NCBI GenBank assembly: GCA_963716985.1
Contig: OY970323.1
Coordinates: 1,056,001 to 1,120,000, forward strand
Source: an uncultured bacterium
Lineage (GTDB): Bacteria; Chlamydiota; Chlamydiia; Chlamydiales; SM23-39
Direction of reading: 5' to 3'
DNA: 64,000 bases
A program made the translations under genes and the position numbers. Shown piece after piece: positions 9,901 through 19,001 of the stretch. The notes below the pieces were generated by a model. That model did not search any database. It was not told where the DNA came from and worked only from the letters and a program-made list of their open reading frames with translations. The first letter of the stretch is position 1. The number at the start of each line of letters is the position of its first letter.

Positions 9901-10485
9901 GCTCCCCACCAGTTGCAGCGAGGAGGCTTCCTCATCTTTGGGAGATGCGAGTAGTGCAAAAACAATCTCTTTTCCATTCTTCTCGATCTTTCCCTTGCCT
10001 TTGATGCGCCACTCCTTTTCCAGATGGAGGTCTTCGATCCGAAAAGAGGTTATTTCTAGAGTGAAAGGGGGCTCGACCCAGTGACTTTTGAGATGGATCC
10101 GGAACATCGGCAGCACCTCATTATTTTGAGGGGAGGACTCCATGAGAGTGACATTTTTGGCCACGACTTGAGAGAGCACAAGTTTTTTTACCAAGAGAGG
10201 CAGAGGAGATATGCGAATGGTCAATTGATCGATGGCCACCCGGCGCGATGATGTCGCTTGCAGACGCACCTCATCGAGCCGGAAGGAAAAGGGGGAGAGG
10301 ATTTCTGCCCTTTCTACAGAGATGTTGATCTGATTCTTTTGGCTCCAGGTATGAAGATAGGAGAGAAAATATTCCTGGCCCTTGCGCGTATGGAAAAGAG
10401 AGGCGAGCAGGATAAAAAAGACAAAGAGGCTCAAAAGGGAGTAAAGAAAGGTTTTGAGAAAAAGAAGAGGTAGTTTTTTCATCAA
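6919..10485 (-). CDS. tamB: translocation/assembly module TamB
   Basis: 1188 aa, N-terminal membrane anchor, beta-rich body, C-terminal DUF490-like VGKYITKDVLVSL...FTLKWNINY. Coupled to a TamA-like gene. Confidence 0.88.
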   Translation of the reverse strand: MMKKLPLLFLKTFLYSLLSLFVFFILLASLFHTRKGQEYFLSYLHTWSQKNQINISVERAEILSPFSFRLDEVRLQATSSRRVAIDQLTIRISPLPLLVKKLVLSQVVAKNVTLMESSPQNNEVLPMFRIHLKSHWVEPPFTLEITSFRIEDLHLEKEWRIKGKGKIEKNGKEIVFALLASPKDEEASSLQLVGSITKKTRSFRSRLILDTPSLSSLFSFPYDASVFLQIDGKGKVDNFYRMLSSERGAATNLAAEGFLKGKIIGLPSFEKDPFKNLRIDKGRIASSFQISESRNCKLFDLYYVNDKTALKGSCFFDVPSGLQKCDFFLKTKNLSIQEPRLPALVLEKGAGELHYNAQLGPFFNISFFSPQIRIGPHTIEDVALNSQLKHNENGSLESTFFFKKEKAKATAEFQWEDEAVFSLRSSSLTLPSAHASASLKRTPLGLLTGKIEVRFEKMNLFYALFPDLPFLAESGDLILRLYSTPDAKGKQEAQIQADLTNFHYQSLSGKKAYLSFDSEEPFSEMKGLLKFLLQDASFRDIGIKGLFLETSNRQENWPYELFLSGMWKEPFQIRSSGFWKFSPNDLLVTIDALSGHLLGQPLAAPEPIQWEWSPDQFSMKNFRIQLASSSLEGSIFLSHQEAEIQLHSTHFPIDFLSLNPLNLRVRGHASMDATLRQKEQKLNGAIHLTLEKLDVYSLSEKTPLHAMGAVEIQVADNNYSVKSRLAMNQKEIMEFSAFGQALLTPLPFHFSLDKQSPIFSRLTYDGGIEELLDFFDLGTHRIKGHLQCRMELSKTLLHPELNGFCQFEKGTYENYYTGSYLKNLQAKVKAEKDLLQIESLTASDLHNGSLAAKGLLLLDPKKHFPFLVIAALDKLSSIQTDLIDATTSGKLQIKGTSLSAKAVGRIEVNKASLSVPDRIPPFSPDFTITYRNHPFSKKQEEIAAAYTPYPLYLDLDLFAKDHIMISGKGLNAECMGSLKIEGSYTDLIAKGQLNLLHGDYSFSGRVFTLTQGSLIFPGIIGALPVLSLAGQVQQKGVVISAHLKGPLNAPSLTFESLPPLPLSSIMSLLIFGQDISEISGIQAIQLATTIASLSNGSNLLEAARKNLGIDRFTIISSPAAAPDESEKIAVQVGKYITKDVLVSLTQGTQEDSSNISVEVDLKHGFIFQAETMQEEEQSKFTLKWNINY

Positions 10486-12251
10486 AAGGTCTGTCCTATG
10501 CTTGCATAAAGTTGGTAGGGCGGGTCAAGCTGGCTCCTGCGGTTTAAAGGAAAACCGATATCTATGCTTAAGGGACCAAAAAAGGTAAAATAACGCAAGC
10601 CGATTCCGGTGGACTTGTACCATTTTTTCTTTGGGGTGGGGGCCATTTTGTCAGTGACGCATCCCAGATCGAAGAAGGGAACGATGCCAATGGTCGAGGT
10701 GATTCTCATCCGTGTCTCGACGTTCATGAAAATGGCCCCTCTTCCTCCAACGGGCCGGCCATTTTTATTTCGAGGGCTCACCGTGCGATATTTATATCCG
10801 CGAAGATTGATATAGGATCCTCCAAGAAAGAGCTTGGTCAGGGGAATGAAGTGGACCGAGGGGCCGAGGATCGAGCCGATCTCGGTGCGGAGGGCGAGGA
10901 CGAGCTTGTCTTCTTTAACAATGGGAGCATATGTTTCTAAGCCAAGCGTCTCTTTAAAGAAAAGGGAGCGGTGTCTGTGCGTATTGGCAGAAGGTATGGC
11001 TTTATAGACAAGCGTATATCCCGAAATGGGATTTAAGAGACTGGCGGTATTGGTGTTTTTCAAAAAAATGGGAAGGGAGAAAAGAAGATATTTTCCATCG
11101 TTGGCGCTATGCGTGACATCGATGTAATCCTCTGAGAGCCCCCAAGAGAATTCCCATCGTTTTTTTAACTTGCGATCGATTGCGGCGCTAGAGCCATAAG
11201 TGAAGGCAAGATAGGGGAAAATATCTTCGCGTTCTGCATAAAATCGCGCGATGAAGTCCTGATCGCTTCGAAGAAAATCGGGTTTGCGAAAAAGAGCGAG
11301 TCCCGAATAGCCTTTTTGCGAAAGCGATCCTTCCACGCTCAGCTGCTCTCCCATATGGCGCAAATTTCGGTGCGTCCATGCAAAATTGCATCCCATCCCG
11401 TCGACGGTGGCATAGCTAAGCCCTAAGCTCAGACTTTTATGCTTGGATTCGGTCAGGTGGATTTTCATGGGGAGTTCTTGATTTTCCGCAATCTGGTCGG
11501 CATGGGTAATCATTACGGAGCTGAAGAGATCGCTCTCGAGTATTTTCTTCTGCGTTTCATCAATTTGAGTCGTCGAGTAGGTATCTCCTCGCTTCCAAGT
11601 GACTTTGCCGTCGAGAAAACGGGGAGAGACGTCGATGAGTCCTGTCGTGGAAATGGAGCCAAAGCGGCACAAGGGGCCGAATTGTACGAAGATGGCGATG
11701 TGCAGCGCCTTTTCGCTGCCATCGGCGATCACTTCTTGATTTTCAATGGTTGCCAGAGGATAGCCCTCTTCGGCCAGATGGGATAAAAGAAGGAGTCTTG
11801 CCTGCAAAATTTTTCGCTCGTCGGCCGGCTCTTGTAAGTTCAGTCCAAGCTGCTTTAAGGAGATGGCGGAATACTCCTTATTCTCCTCGCAAGGCGCAAT
11901 GAAGATTTTATAGGACCCGAGGGTATAGTGCGGGCCCGACTCGATGAGAAAGGAGATAAAAATCACATCGCCCTGTGTTTGTAATGAGGGCGTGATCGTC
12001 GCATCGTAATAACCGTTTATGTGAAGAACCTTCATCAATTGAGGGAGATCGCGATCGATGCGATAGCGCAGGGCATTGATGGAGGGAGGCGGCTTTTTTC
12101 TCATCCGTATGAGATCCGATGTGTTTTTGAGCTCTTTGAGGGTCGAAAGGTCTTTCACCCCAATGAATTTTACCTCATAGCTCAGAGCGCATAAAGAAGC
12201 GCTTAGAAAGAAAAAGAAGAGGAAAAAAAAGATACTCTTCCGGCAGGCCAC
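10482..12251 (-). CDS. tamA: TamA/Omp85-family outer membrane protein
   Basis: Signal peptide, POTRA-like region (GYYDA, GYPLA), Omp85 motif LGGSYINLRGY and C-terminal YASIGQTF. Confidence 0.9.
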   Translation of the reverse strand: MACRKSIFFFLFFFFLSASLCALSYEVKFIGVKDLSTLKELKNTSDLIRMRKKPPPSINALRYRIDRDLPQLMKVLHINGYYDATITPSLQTQGDVIFISFLIESGPHYTLGSYKIFIAPCEENKEYSAISLKQLGLNLQEPADERKILQARLLLLSHLAEEGYPLATIENQEVIADGSEKALHIAIFVQFGPLCRFGSISTTGLIDVSPRFLDGKVTWKRGDTYSTTQIDETQKKILESDLFSSVMITHADQIAENQELPMKIHLTESKHKSLSLGLSYATVDGMGCNFAWTHRNLRHMGEQLSVEGSLSQKGYSGLALFRKPDFLRSDQDFIARFYAEREDIFPYLAFTYGSSAAIDRKLKKRWEFSWGLSEDYIDVTHSANDGKYLLFSLPIFLKNTNTASLLNPISGYTLVYKAIPSANTHRHRSLFFKETLGLETYAPIVKEDKLVLALRTEIGSILGPSVHFIPLTKLFLGGSYINLRGYKYRTVSPRNKNGRPVGGRGAIFMNVETRMRITSTIGIVPFFDLGCVTDKMAPTPKKKWYKSTGIGLRYFTFFGPLSIDIGFPLNRRSQLDPPYQLYASIGQTF

Positions 12252-12323
12252 AGGCTCTCTCTTTTAGATCATATGGAAAAATTATTGCTTTAATAGAGTC
12301 GCTCCGTCAACGAAAAAAAGAAC

Positions 12324-14036
12324 TTATTCCACCGTCGGGCAAAAACTGGAGGAGGTTTGGACCTCGGGTGTGGGCAAATTGCATAGGTTATGCGCATGCA
12401 AAAGCGCTGCGTCAATATTGGAAAAGCAATGCTCTTCTCCAACCTTTTTTAAGAAACCCGATCGTTTAAAGGCCTCTTTGAGCAAGGGAGGAACCCCGGA
12501 GAAGAGAAGAAGCGTTTTTTCCTTCTGAGTTTTTACGAAAAGATCTTCCAGTGCACGTATTCCGCTAGCGTCGATGGTGGGGACGTGGCGCATTCGTAAG
12601 ATCAAAACCTTGGGCACGCGATTGATCCGGCCAAGCGCGGATCGAAAATTTTCCGTGGCTGCAAAAAATAGGGGGCCGAAAATTTCAAAGACTTCGATCT
12701 CATCGGGAATTTTTCTTGCAGTGATCGCAAAGGGATCCTCTTTGTCCTCTTCTTCTTTGAGGCTTTCTTTCAGGAAACGATGCTTGGAAGATTTTACCAG
12801 TTTGTTCAAGAAGAGGAAGCTGGCGAGAATGATGCCCACCTCGATCGCCGTGACGAGATCGACGAAAACGGTGAGAAAAAAAGTACTCAAAAGAACGGCG
12901 ATGTCGGATTTGGGACTTCTAAAGAGTCTTGCAAAATGGCGCCATTCGCTCATGTTATAGGCGATAACGGCTAAAATGGCAGCCAGTGTGGCCATCGGGA
13001 TCCAGCACACCCAATTTCCAAAGAAAAACAGAATGAGGAGCAGAACGATTGCGTTGACAATGCCGGCAACAGGAGTCTGTGCTCCGTTTTTAATGTTGGT
13101 AGCCGTTCTGGCAATGGCGCCGGTCGCCGGAATGCCGCAGAAGAAGATCGTGCCGATATTCGCGATTCCTTGGGCAAAAAGCTCCATATTGGATCTGTGC
13201 CGGCGGCCTGTCATTCCATCTGCCACGACAGCCGAAAGCAGAGATTCGATGCCGGCCAATAGCGCAATGGCAATGGCGGAGGGGATGACCCGCAGCAGCA
13301 GATCGATATTCCACGACGGAATAGAAGGAGAGGGCAGAGAGGTGGGAATGGTTCCAAAACGATCCTTGATGGTTTCGATGGGTAGATGGAAGAGCTGAAC
13401 GATGGCGGTTGTCACGAAAATGGCAACAATCGCTCCCGGCACGCGTTTCGACACCTTGGGCCAAAAAATCATGATGCAAAGAGTTCCGAGTGCAATGAAA
13501 AAAGAAGATGGGTCGATGGATAAAAAATGATCGAGGAATAGAGCCCATCGCTTGTGAAATTCCGGAGGAAAAGAAGAAAATTTGATCCCGAAAAGATCGG
13601 GAATTTGTCCTGTAAAAATCACGAGCGCAAGTCCGCTTGTAAAGCCGATCGTTACAGGGTAGGGGATGAATTTGATGAATGCGCCAAAGCGAAAAACCCC
13701 CATAATGCATAGGAAAAGGCCGGCTACTATGGTCGCAAGAGCAAGGCCCTCATATCCAAATTGTTGAATGATCGTATGGACGAGAATGACAAAAGCGCCT
13801 GTGGGACCTGCGACCTGCACTCGAGAGCCTCCGAGCAAGGAGACGAGAAGTCCTGCGATGATGGCGGTGAATATGCCCTGTTCGGGCCTGGCTCCCGAAG
13901 CGATGGCAAATGAAATGGCCATGGGAATGGAAAGTATGCCGACGATGAAACCCGCCAGAGAGTCTTTTGCAAAAGTGGAGAAGCTATATCCTTCTTTAAA
14001 AGTAGTCCAAAGACTTGGAATCAAACGATTTTCCAT
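12324..14036 (-). CDS. sulP: SulP/SLC26 anion transporter with STAS domain
   Basis: GGSRVQVAGPTGAF, ESLLSAVVADGM, GAIARTATN and STAS motifs GPLFFA and IDASG. ATG 14036 preferred because a promoter lies between it and TTG 14111. Confidence 0.95.
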   Translation of the reverse strand: MENRLIPSLWTTFKEGYSFSTFAKDSLAGFIVGILSIPMAISFAIASGARPEQGIFTAIIAGLLVSLLGGSRVQVAGPTGAFVILVHTIIQQFGYEGLALATIVAGLFLCIMGVFRFGAFIKFIPYPVTIGFTSGLALVIFTGQIPDLFGIKFSSFPPEFHKRWALFLDHFLSIDPSSFFIALGTLCIMIFWPKVSKRVPGAIVAIFVTTAIVQLFHLPIETIKDRFGTIPTSLPSPSIPSWNIDLLLRVIPSAIAIALLAGIESLLSAVVADGMTGRRHRSNMELFAQGIANIGTIFFCGIPATGAIARTATNIKNGAQTPVAGIVNAIVLLLILFFFGNWVCWIPMATLAAILAVIAYNMSEWRHFARLFRSPKSDIAVLLSTFFLTVFVDLVTAIEVGIILASFLFLNKLVKSSKHRFLKESLKEEEDKEDPFAITARKIPDEIEVFEIFGPLFFAATENFRSALGRINRVPKVLILRMRHVPTIDASGIRALEDLFVKTQKEKTLLLFSGVPPLLKEAFKRSGFLKKVGEEHCFSNIDAALLHAHNLCNLPTPEVQTSSSFCPTVE

Positions 14037-14075
14037 GTACTGCCAATCTTGAAGATGATTCAAACAGAAAATGGC

Positions 14076-14105
14076 ATTATATCGCTCTTTTTTCACTCCC
14101 GTCAA
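14076..14105 (-). promoter_or_regulatory. sigma70(66)-type promoter of sulP
   Basis: Minus strand TTGACG-18 nt-TATAAT, about 40 nt upstream of ATG 14036. Confidence 0.6.
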
Positions 14106-14127
14106 GGGCAATTAACTAATGATATTA

Positions 14128-15173
14128 ACGCGATGTGCGAGTTTATAAAGCGAAAAATCGCCTATGCTTTTAAGAACAAAGCAACTGGTCAAACTGTAAA
14201 GGCTCGTTCCCTGCGTTTACATTAAGTTTAATGCCGACAGTATGCGCCAGTAATTTTCTCCAAAATCTTGAAAATTGATGCCATAAATCTCGCGCCCATA
14301 CTTTTTCAATCCGAAATCTATCATTGAGCTGCCCTATAACTGTTTCAACCAGTCGCCGAGTCCCTACCAGCCATTTCAAAAATTTCTTCGGTCTTTCATC
14401 TTTCATATTTTCTCTCAGCGAAGTTTGCAAGTACAACCCTTGTTTTTTGAGCAACTCTTTCAATCCAGGTCGTATAAAACCTTTGTCTCCCAACAAAAGC
14501 CCTCCGATTTTTTCCACAATCTCAGGACACACATCGCGCTCATCAATGTTTGCCTTGGCGAATGTAGCTGCTGTCACCACCCCTATTGAACTGATGACAA
14601 CATGGCCTCGAAAACCATAAAAGTGCTCTTTTTTTGTAGCACAATATCCATATGCAGCGTCGCCCTTGAAATTTTTGCTAAAGTGAGCTCTGGCAAATTT
14701 GCAAACTGGAATAGGAAGCCCGTCTATTATGTGCAATGAATCAGAAAGAGCATGTAGGTCAGTTGCTAAACTCTCTTGTAACAATCGCTTTACTACATGA
14801 AGGTTGGCCGCTTGCCTGACAAAATTCGAACGTGCAGGAATATTTGGAAAGAAATGCAACCAGTGCCTTTTGAAATATTCCCAAATGGTTTTGTCACGGT
14901 CCATTCCAAAAAATTCTCCAACGACCTCCATCGTAATAACCTCGCTGTCTTTCAATCTAGGCGAGGGACCTCTTTGACGAAATTTCTCGTCTGCAAGAAC
15001 CTTCTTCATCTCATCATCTATCAAACAAAAGGTGGTTATGATAAAATCATCAATCGACATGTCCTGAACTCCTGTTGTTGTTTTGTCGCAAAACAGTGTG
15101 CAGTAAGGACTTGTCATTTTTCAATTATTTTTTTACGTGTGATTTTTTGCTTTGAAAAACTCGCACATCGCGT
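14128..15173 (-). mobile_element. IS982-family insertion sequence, intact, copy 2 (1046 bp, inverted relative to copy 1)
   Basis: Same 17-bp inverted repeats and identical transposase protein. 7-bp target duplication GATATTA at 14121-14127 and 15174-15180. Confidence 0.95.
14170..15117 (-). CDS. IS982-family DDE transposase
   Basis: Translation identical to 3460..4407. Confidence 0.95.
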   Translation of the reverse strand: MTSPYCTLFCDKTTTGVQDMSIDDFIITTFCLIDDEMKKVLADEKFRQRGPSPRLKDSEVITMEVVGEFFGMDRDKTIWEYFKRHWLHFFPNIPARSNFVRQAANLHVVKRLLQESLATDLHALSDSLHIIDGLPIPVCKFARAHFSKNFKGDAAYGYCATKKEHFYGFRGHVVISSIGVVTAATFAKANIDERDVCPEIVEKIGGLLLGDKGFIRPGLKELLKKQGLYLQTSLRENMKDERPKKFLKWLVGTRRLVETVIGQLNDRFRIEKVWARDLWHQFSRFWRKLLAHTVGIKLNVNAGNEPLQFDQLLCS

Positions 15174-15217
15174 GATATTAATTGAAAAATTTAGAATGAA
15201 TATAGTTTGTCTAAAAA

Positions 15218-15634
15218 TTAATTTTTCTCTTCTTTTTCCAATGCCTTCAGAGGCCGTATTTCCAGATGGGATTCTGAAAGCAGCACTCTTTCTCCGTCTA
15301 CCTCGACGAGGTATAATAAAGATTTAGAGCTTAAAACTCTTTTTTCGATAATTTTGATCTTCTTTTGCTCATTGATCTCTTTTTCTCTAGAGCGCATGAG
15401 ACGCTTGAGGGCCCAAACAGTCAGAATCAAAAGGCCGACGAGCAATCCAAGCGAGAGCAGCATGCGTCTGAAATAATGGGGAAAGGGAGAGACGAGCGGG
15501 GCATTCTCTTGGTTCTCCATAATATTCTGGACGACAAGAGAGCTCTCTTTTTCTTGAATGGTCGCATCTTTTGCAGGCTCTGCTCCCAATAACATGGAAG
15601 ACAGGCAGAAAAACAGCACGCAAAACTTTTTCAT
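15218..15634 (-). CDS. FliO/MopB-family membrane protein
   Basis: Signal peptide, TM segment MLLSLGLLVGLLILTVWALKR, then IKIIEKRVLSSKSLLYLVEVDGERVLL, the FliO-type beta domain. Confidence 0.75.
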   Translation of the reverse strand: MKKFCVLFFCLSSMLLGAEPAKDATIQEKESSLVVQNIMENQENAPLVSPFPHYFRRMLLSLGLLVGLLILTVWALKRLMRSREKEINEQKKIKIIEKRVLSSKSLLYLVEVDGERVLLSESHLEIRPLKALEKEEKN

Positions 15635-15739
15635 CGAAAAATTCCCTATTCAAGATTTTCTCGACTATACGATTTTTTGTTTTGCAAGAAAAGAAAATTG
15701 AGTCTTTGGAGTGGGGAAAATTTTTGTCTCTTTATTCAT

Positions 15740-15772
15740 AAAAAAGACCGGTTCCAGATCAGCCGGTCTTTT
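15740..15772 (-). terminator. intrinsic terminator after array gene 1
   Basis: AAAAAAGACCGG-loop-CCGGTCTTTT hairpin with A/T tails. Confidence 0.75.
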
Positions 15773-15829
15773 GCAAATGCTTGCAGATGGCATTGCGGTG
15801 AAAATTGCCATCGGCCCGCGGAAGAGATC

Positions 15830-16552
15830 TTAGCGTTGTTTTGCCGTCGCGGCACTGGTTGGCGCTGTGGCATTGGCAGGGGCGCAAGTGTTGTACACTG
15901 CGGCAGTAAGTTTATTTAACTGAACCCCCATTTTCTTTAGTTCAGCAACAACAGCAGGATCATTCAAACCTTCTGCCTTCGGGGACGCGAAGCGCTGTTT
16001 CACGCAATCGGGTATCCATCCTGGGAATTTTTCGGCAACAAAGATCCAAGCCGAGTGGATTTTCGTAATAATGGGCGCTCCTATTGCGCTTTTAGCCAGT
16101 TTTTCCCAGTAGGTGCCCACCCCGTTGGTGATTTTTACAATTTTTTCGGCAAACTGGTTTGGATACAGACATCCCAAAAGGGCGAGCGATGCGAGGGCCG
16201 GAATGACAAAGAAGGGTTTGTAGGAGGTCGGTGTCCAAGACCTGCGAGCGAGGAGGTGGTTCTGTTGGGCCTGTTTATTTGAAGACCGAATCCACATATT
16301 GACAGGCTTTGCAATGGCATTGTTATAGATTAATGCAAGAGCATTTTTTGCAAAGGAGGTGAAAAAGTCGAGCATCCAAGCACCGACTTTTGCTCCCGTT
16401 CTTACGAATGGATCGTGAATATCCTTTGTTTGTTCTGCCAGGTTTGTTACTTCATGGAGGCCCCAAGACATGCAGGTGAGTTCTTTTTTTAAGGCGACAT
16501 CGGGACGATAGTAAGGATTGAAAAACGAATTATTGAGGATGGATAAAACCAT
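15830..16552 (-). CDS. array family membrane protein, divergent member 1 (Inc-like candidate effector)
   Basis: Shares NNSFFNPYYRP..AL, GLH..TNL and SW.PTSYK followed by a TM segment with its neighbours. Start ATG 16552. Confidence 0.8.
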   Translation of the reverse strand: MVLSILNNSFFNPYYRPDVALKKELTCMSWGLHEVTNLAEQTKDIHDPFVRTGAKVGAWMLDFFTSFAKNALALIYNNAIAKPVNMWIRSSNKQAQQNHLLARRSWTPTSYKPFFVIPALASLALLGCLYPNQFAEKIVKITNGVGTYWEKLAKSAIGAPIITKIHSAWIFVAEKFPGWIPDCVKQRFASPKAEGLNDPAVVAELKKMGVQLNKLTAAVYNTCAPANATAPTSAATAKQR

Positions 16553-16757
16553 GAGAAAAACCCTTTTTTGTATTTTTTCAAACATTCTAATCCTTTTCAT
16601 CGGTTAAGTCAATAGAAGCTTTTCTGCAATTATTTAAAAAGTTTTTTGAATAGACTTTGTTTCAGGACATCCCTTTTTCTCAAAAATGTCTTTTGCAAGG
16701 GATCTTTTGGTTTGGATTTTTGAAAAGCACTCATGATTGGAGCCGGTTGTTTACCTT

Positions 16758-16791
16758 AAAAAAAAGACCGACCCTTTGAGAGGGGTCGGCC
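16758..16791 (-). terminator. intrinsic terminator (family-conserved)
   Basis: AAAAAAAAGACCGACCC-loop-GGGGTCGGCC. Variants recur at 18918-18955 and 20380-20412. Confidence 0.75.
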
Positions 16792-16820
16792 ATTGGTCTT
16801 TTGAAGATTCCCGTCCCTTA

Positions 16821-17609
16821 TCAGGAGGGAGGAGGGGGCGCGGGTTCAGGGGGTTTTTGTGGTTCTGGTGAAGAATCCCCCCCCTCGACAGGGGAGACGT
16901 TTCCTTTGGCCATGAGGATGTCGTCGGCAATTCTTGAGGTTATGAAGAAGGCGCGAGCTTTTTTTTCCCAGAGGGTGCCTGCAGTGAGTTGGTCATCATT
17001 TTTGATCAGAGCATGCAGTTTACGGCTAGGGCAGCAGCAAGCAAGAGAAATTGCCGCACCGCCTACGACTGTACCACCGATTGCTAGGGCTGCTTTTGTC
17101 CAACTCCGTGATGGAATTTCAGGTGAGATGTCGATGGGTTTTTGTGGTGTTGGTGGAACGATTTCTGGTGGTGTTGTTGGTTGGTCTGATGGTTTAGGTG
17201 TTTTGTCTATTGTTGGGAAAAAATATTTGTATCCAACGACAGCGATTGTGGCAAGAAGGAGAGCGTCAATTGCAAGTGCTCTGTAGGAAATAGGCTTCCA
17301 TGATTGTCGCGCTGCTTTGTCTTGTTCTCTGAGCACATGATTGGAAATTTGAATGAATTTGTTTCGGAGCGGCGCCAATGTAAGAATGTTGTACAAAAGT
17401 GCAAGTAGGCTGCAGGGGATCGCTGTGAAAAGGTCTGCCGCAAAAGCAGCTACTTTTGCCGCTGTGTTCCTGCCGTTCGTTTTTGCAAGGAAGTTTGTTC
17501 CAATATGCAATCCTAAGCGTATGCCGGCTTCTGCTTTCAAGGCAACGGCCGGGCGATAAAAAGGATTGAACCATGAATTATTGAATGGATTACTGATGGT
17601 TTTGACCAT
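16821..17609 (-). CDS. array family membrane protein, copy A
   Basis: GGAGG RBS before ATG 17609. Conserved N-terminus, TM1, Pro-rich linker, TM2 with CCC, unique tail. Confidence 0.85.
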   Translation of the reverse strand: MVKTISNPFNNSWFNPFYRPAVALKAEAGIRLGLHIGTNFLAKTNGRNTAAKVAAFAADLFTAIPCSLLALLYNILTLAPLRNKFIQISNHVLREQDKAARQSWKPISYRALAIDALLLATIAVVGYKYFFPTIDKTPKPSDQPTTPPEIVPPTPQKPIDISPEIPSRSWTKAALAIGGTVVGGAAISLACCCPSRKLHALIKNDDQLTAGTLWEKKARAFFITSRIADDILMAKGNVSPVEGGDSSPEPQKPPEPAPPPPS

Positions 17610-17641
17610 AAAAAAACCTCCGGCACTCATTTTGGTCATTG

Positions 17642-18322
17642 TTAATATGATGCTCTGGGAAAGAGAGCGGGGGCGGGAGAAGAATCGTGGGTATTTAGGC
17701 TATCCGCGAGATTCACCTTGTCCGCTTTAGTCCGTGCGCAGCTGGCGAAGCAAAGAAGAGAAGCCACAATGCTTGTGATTGTACCACCGATTATTAGGGG
17801 TGATAGGGCTGCTTTTTCCCATCTCCTTAATGGAATTTCAGGTGAGATGTCGATGATTTTTGGTGGTGGGGCGATTTCCGGTAGTTTTTCTGGTGGTTTA
17901 GGTGGTGTGATTATTGTTGGGAAAAAATATTTGTATCCGACGACAGCGATTGTTGCCAGAAGGACAGCGTCAATGGCAAGTGCTTTGTAGGAAGTCGGCT
18001 TCCATGATTTTCGAGCTGCTTTGTCTTGTTCTCTGAGCGCATTATTGAAAATTTGAATGAATTTGTTTCGGAGCGGCGACAATGTAAGAATGTTGTACAA
18101 AAGTGCAAGTACGTTGCAGGGGATTGCTGTGAAAAGGTCTGCCGCAAAGGCAGCTACTTTTGCCGCTGTGTTCCTGCCGTTCGTTTTTGCAAGGAAGTTT
18201 GTTCCAATATGCAATCCTAAGCGTATGCCGGCTTCTGCTTTCAAGGCAACGGCTGGGCGATAATAAGGATTGAACCATGAATTATTGAATGGATTACTGA
18301 TGGTTTTGAGTGGAAGCGGCAT
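17642..18322 (-). CDS. array family membrane protein, copy B
   Basis: N-terminal about 130 aa near-identical to copies A, C and D. Unique short tail. Confidence 0.85.
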   Translation of the reverse strand: MPLPLKTISNPFNNSWFNPYYRPAVALKAEAGIRLGLHIGTNFLAKTNGRNTAAKVAAFAADLFTAIPCNVLALLYNILTLSPLRNKFIQIFNNALREQDKAARKSWKPTSYKALAIDAVLLATIAVVGYKYFFPTIITPPKPPEKLPEIAPPPKIIDISPEIPLRRWEKAALSPLIIGGTITSIVASLLCFASCARTKADKVNLADSLNTHDSSPAPALFPRASY

Positions 18323-18520
18323 AAAAAATACCTCTTTTATAGGTTTGGCTGCTTTTTCCCATTAATTGTACTCCATCGGCGAGGTTTTGATCAATGAAAA
18401 TGATTATTTTTTTTTGAACACTTGTTAACTGTCAGAACATACCTCAGTTGTCTTACGGCAGAAAGCCCTTGGGTCGCATAAATTCTAAAAATGCCAGTCA
18501 ACGCATTGTGAGAGAGAGAC

Positions 18521-18692
18521 TTACGAATTCAGAGATTTCCCTATACTTTTCAGGCACAAAGCATGCAATCGACGGCAGACCTGCTGATCTGAACATCTGA
18601 ATCGCTCCCTATCGATCGCCTGCTTGTCTTCTTCTGTGACGATGAACTGGATCACGTTGAGCCCCCCGATGGAATTGTGGGCATCAATTATA
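18521..18692 (-). pseudogene. IS630-like transposase N-terminal stub
   Basis: Minus strand VIQFIVTEEDKQAIDRERFRCSDQQVCRRLHALCLKSIG* resembles IS630 N-termini (…EEK.AL..ER..H....V..R..AL.LKS.G). TATA at the presumed left end. Confidence 0.5.
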
Positions 18693-18849
18693 GGGAAATA
18701 AAAATTTTACTTCACTCGCCATCAACCAATTTTTTCACAACACTTAACGACGCGCGGTATATCTTGAGTATGAGTTGATAGAAACTACTTGGATGATTCA
18801 AAAGCTAAACAACCGTGGCTTTGGTTTTGGGATCTTCACTTTATTTTAT

Positions 18850-18898
18850 TTGGAGGCTACAAGCTTAGACCGCGGCTCAAATTTTTGGGACCATTATA
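18850..18898 (-). mobile_element. IS3-like left-end stub
   Basis: GGAGGCTACAAGCTTAGACCGCGGCTCAAATTTTTGGGACCATTATA is a diverged copy of the end at 20315-20360 that precedes an IS3 OrfA fragment. Confidence 0.55.
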
Positions 18899-19001
18899 AT
18901 GTCGGGTTTTTCACCTTAAAAAAAAGGCCGACCCTTTGGGAGGAGTTGGCCTTTTGGCGTCGAGGGTCATTTTTGAAGATCCGCTTAAAAATCAACGTGT
19001 T

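Noticed and set aside
3404..15173. Composite transposon already formed by the two IS982 copies
   Set aside because: Each copy has its own target duplication, so they inserted independently. The interior is mostly core genes.
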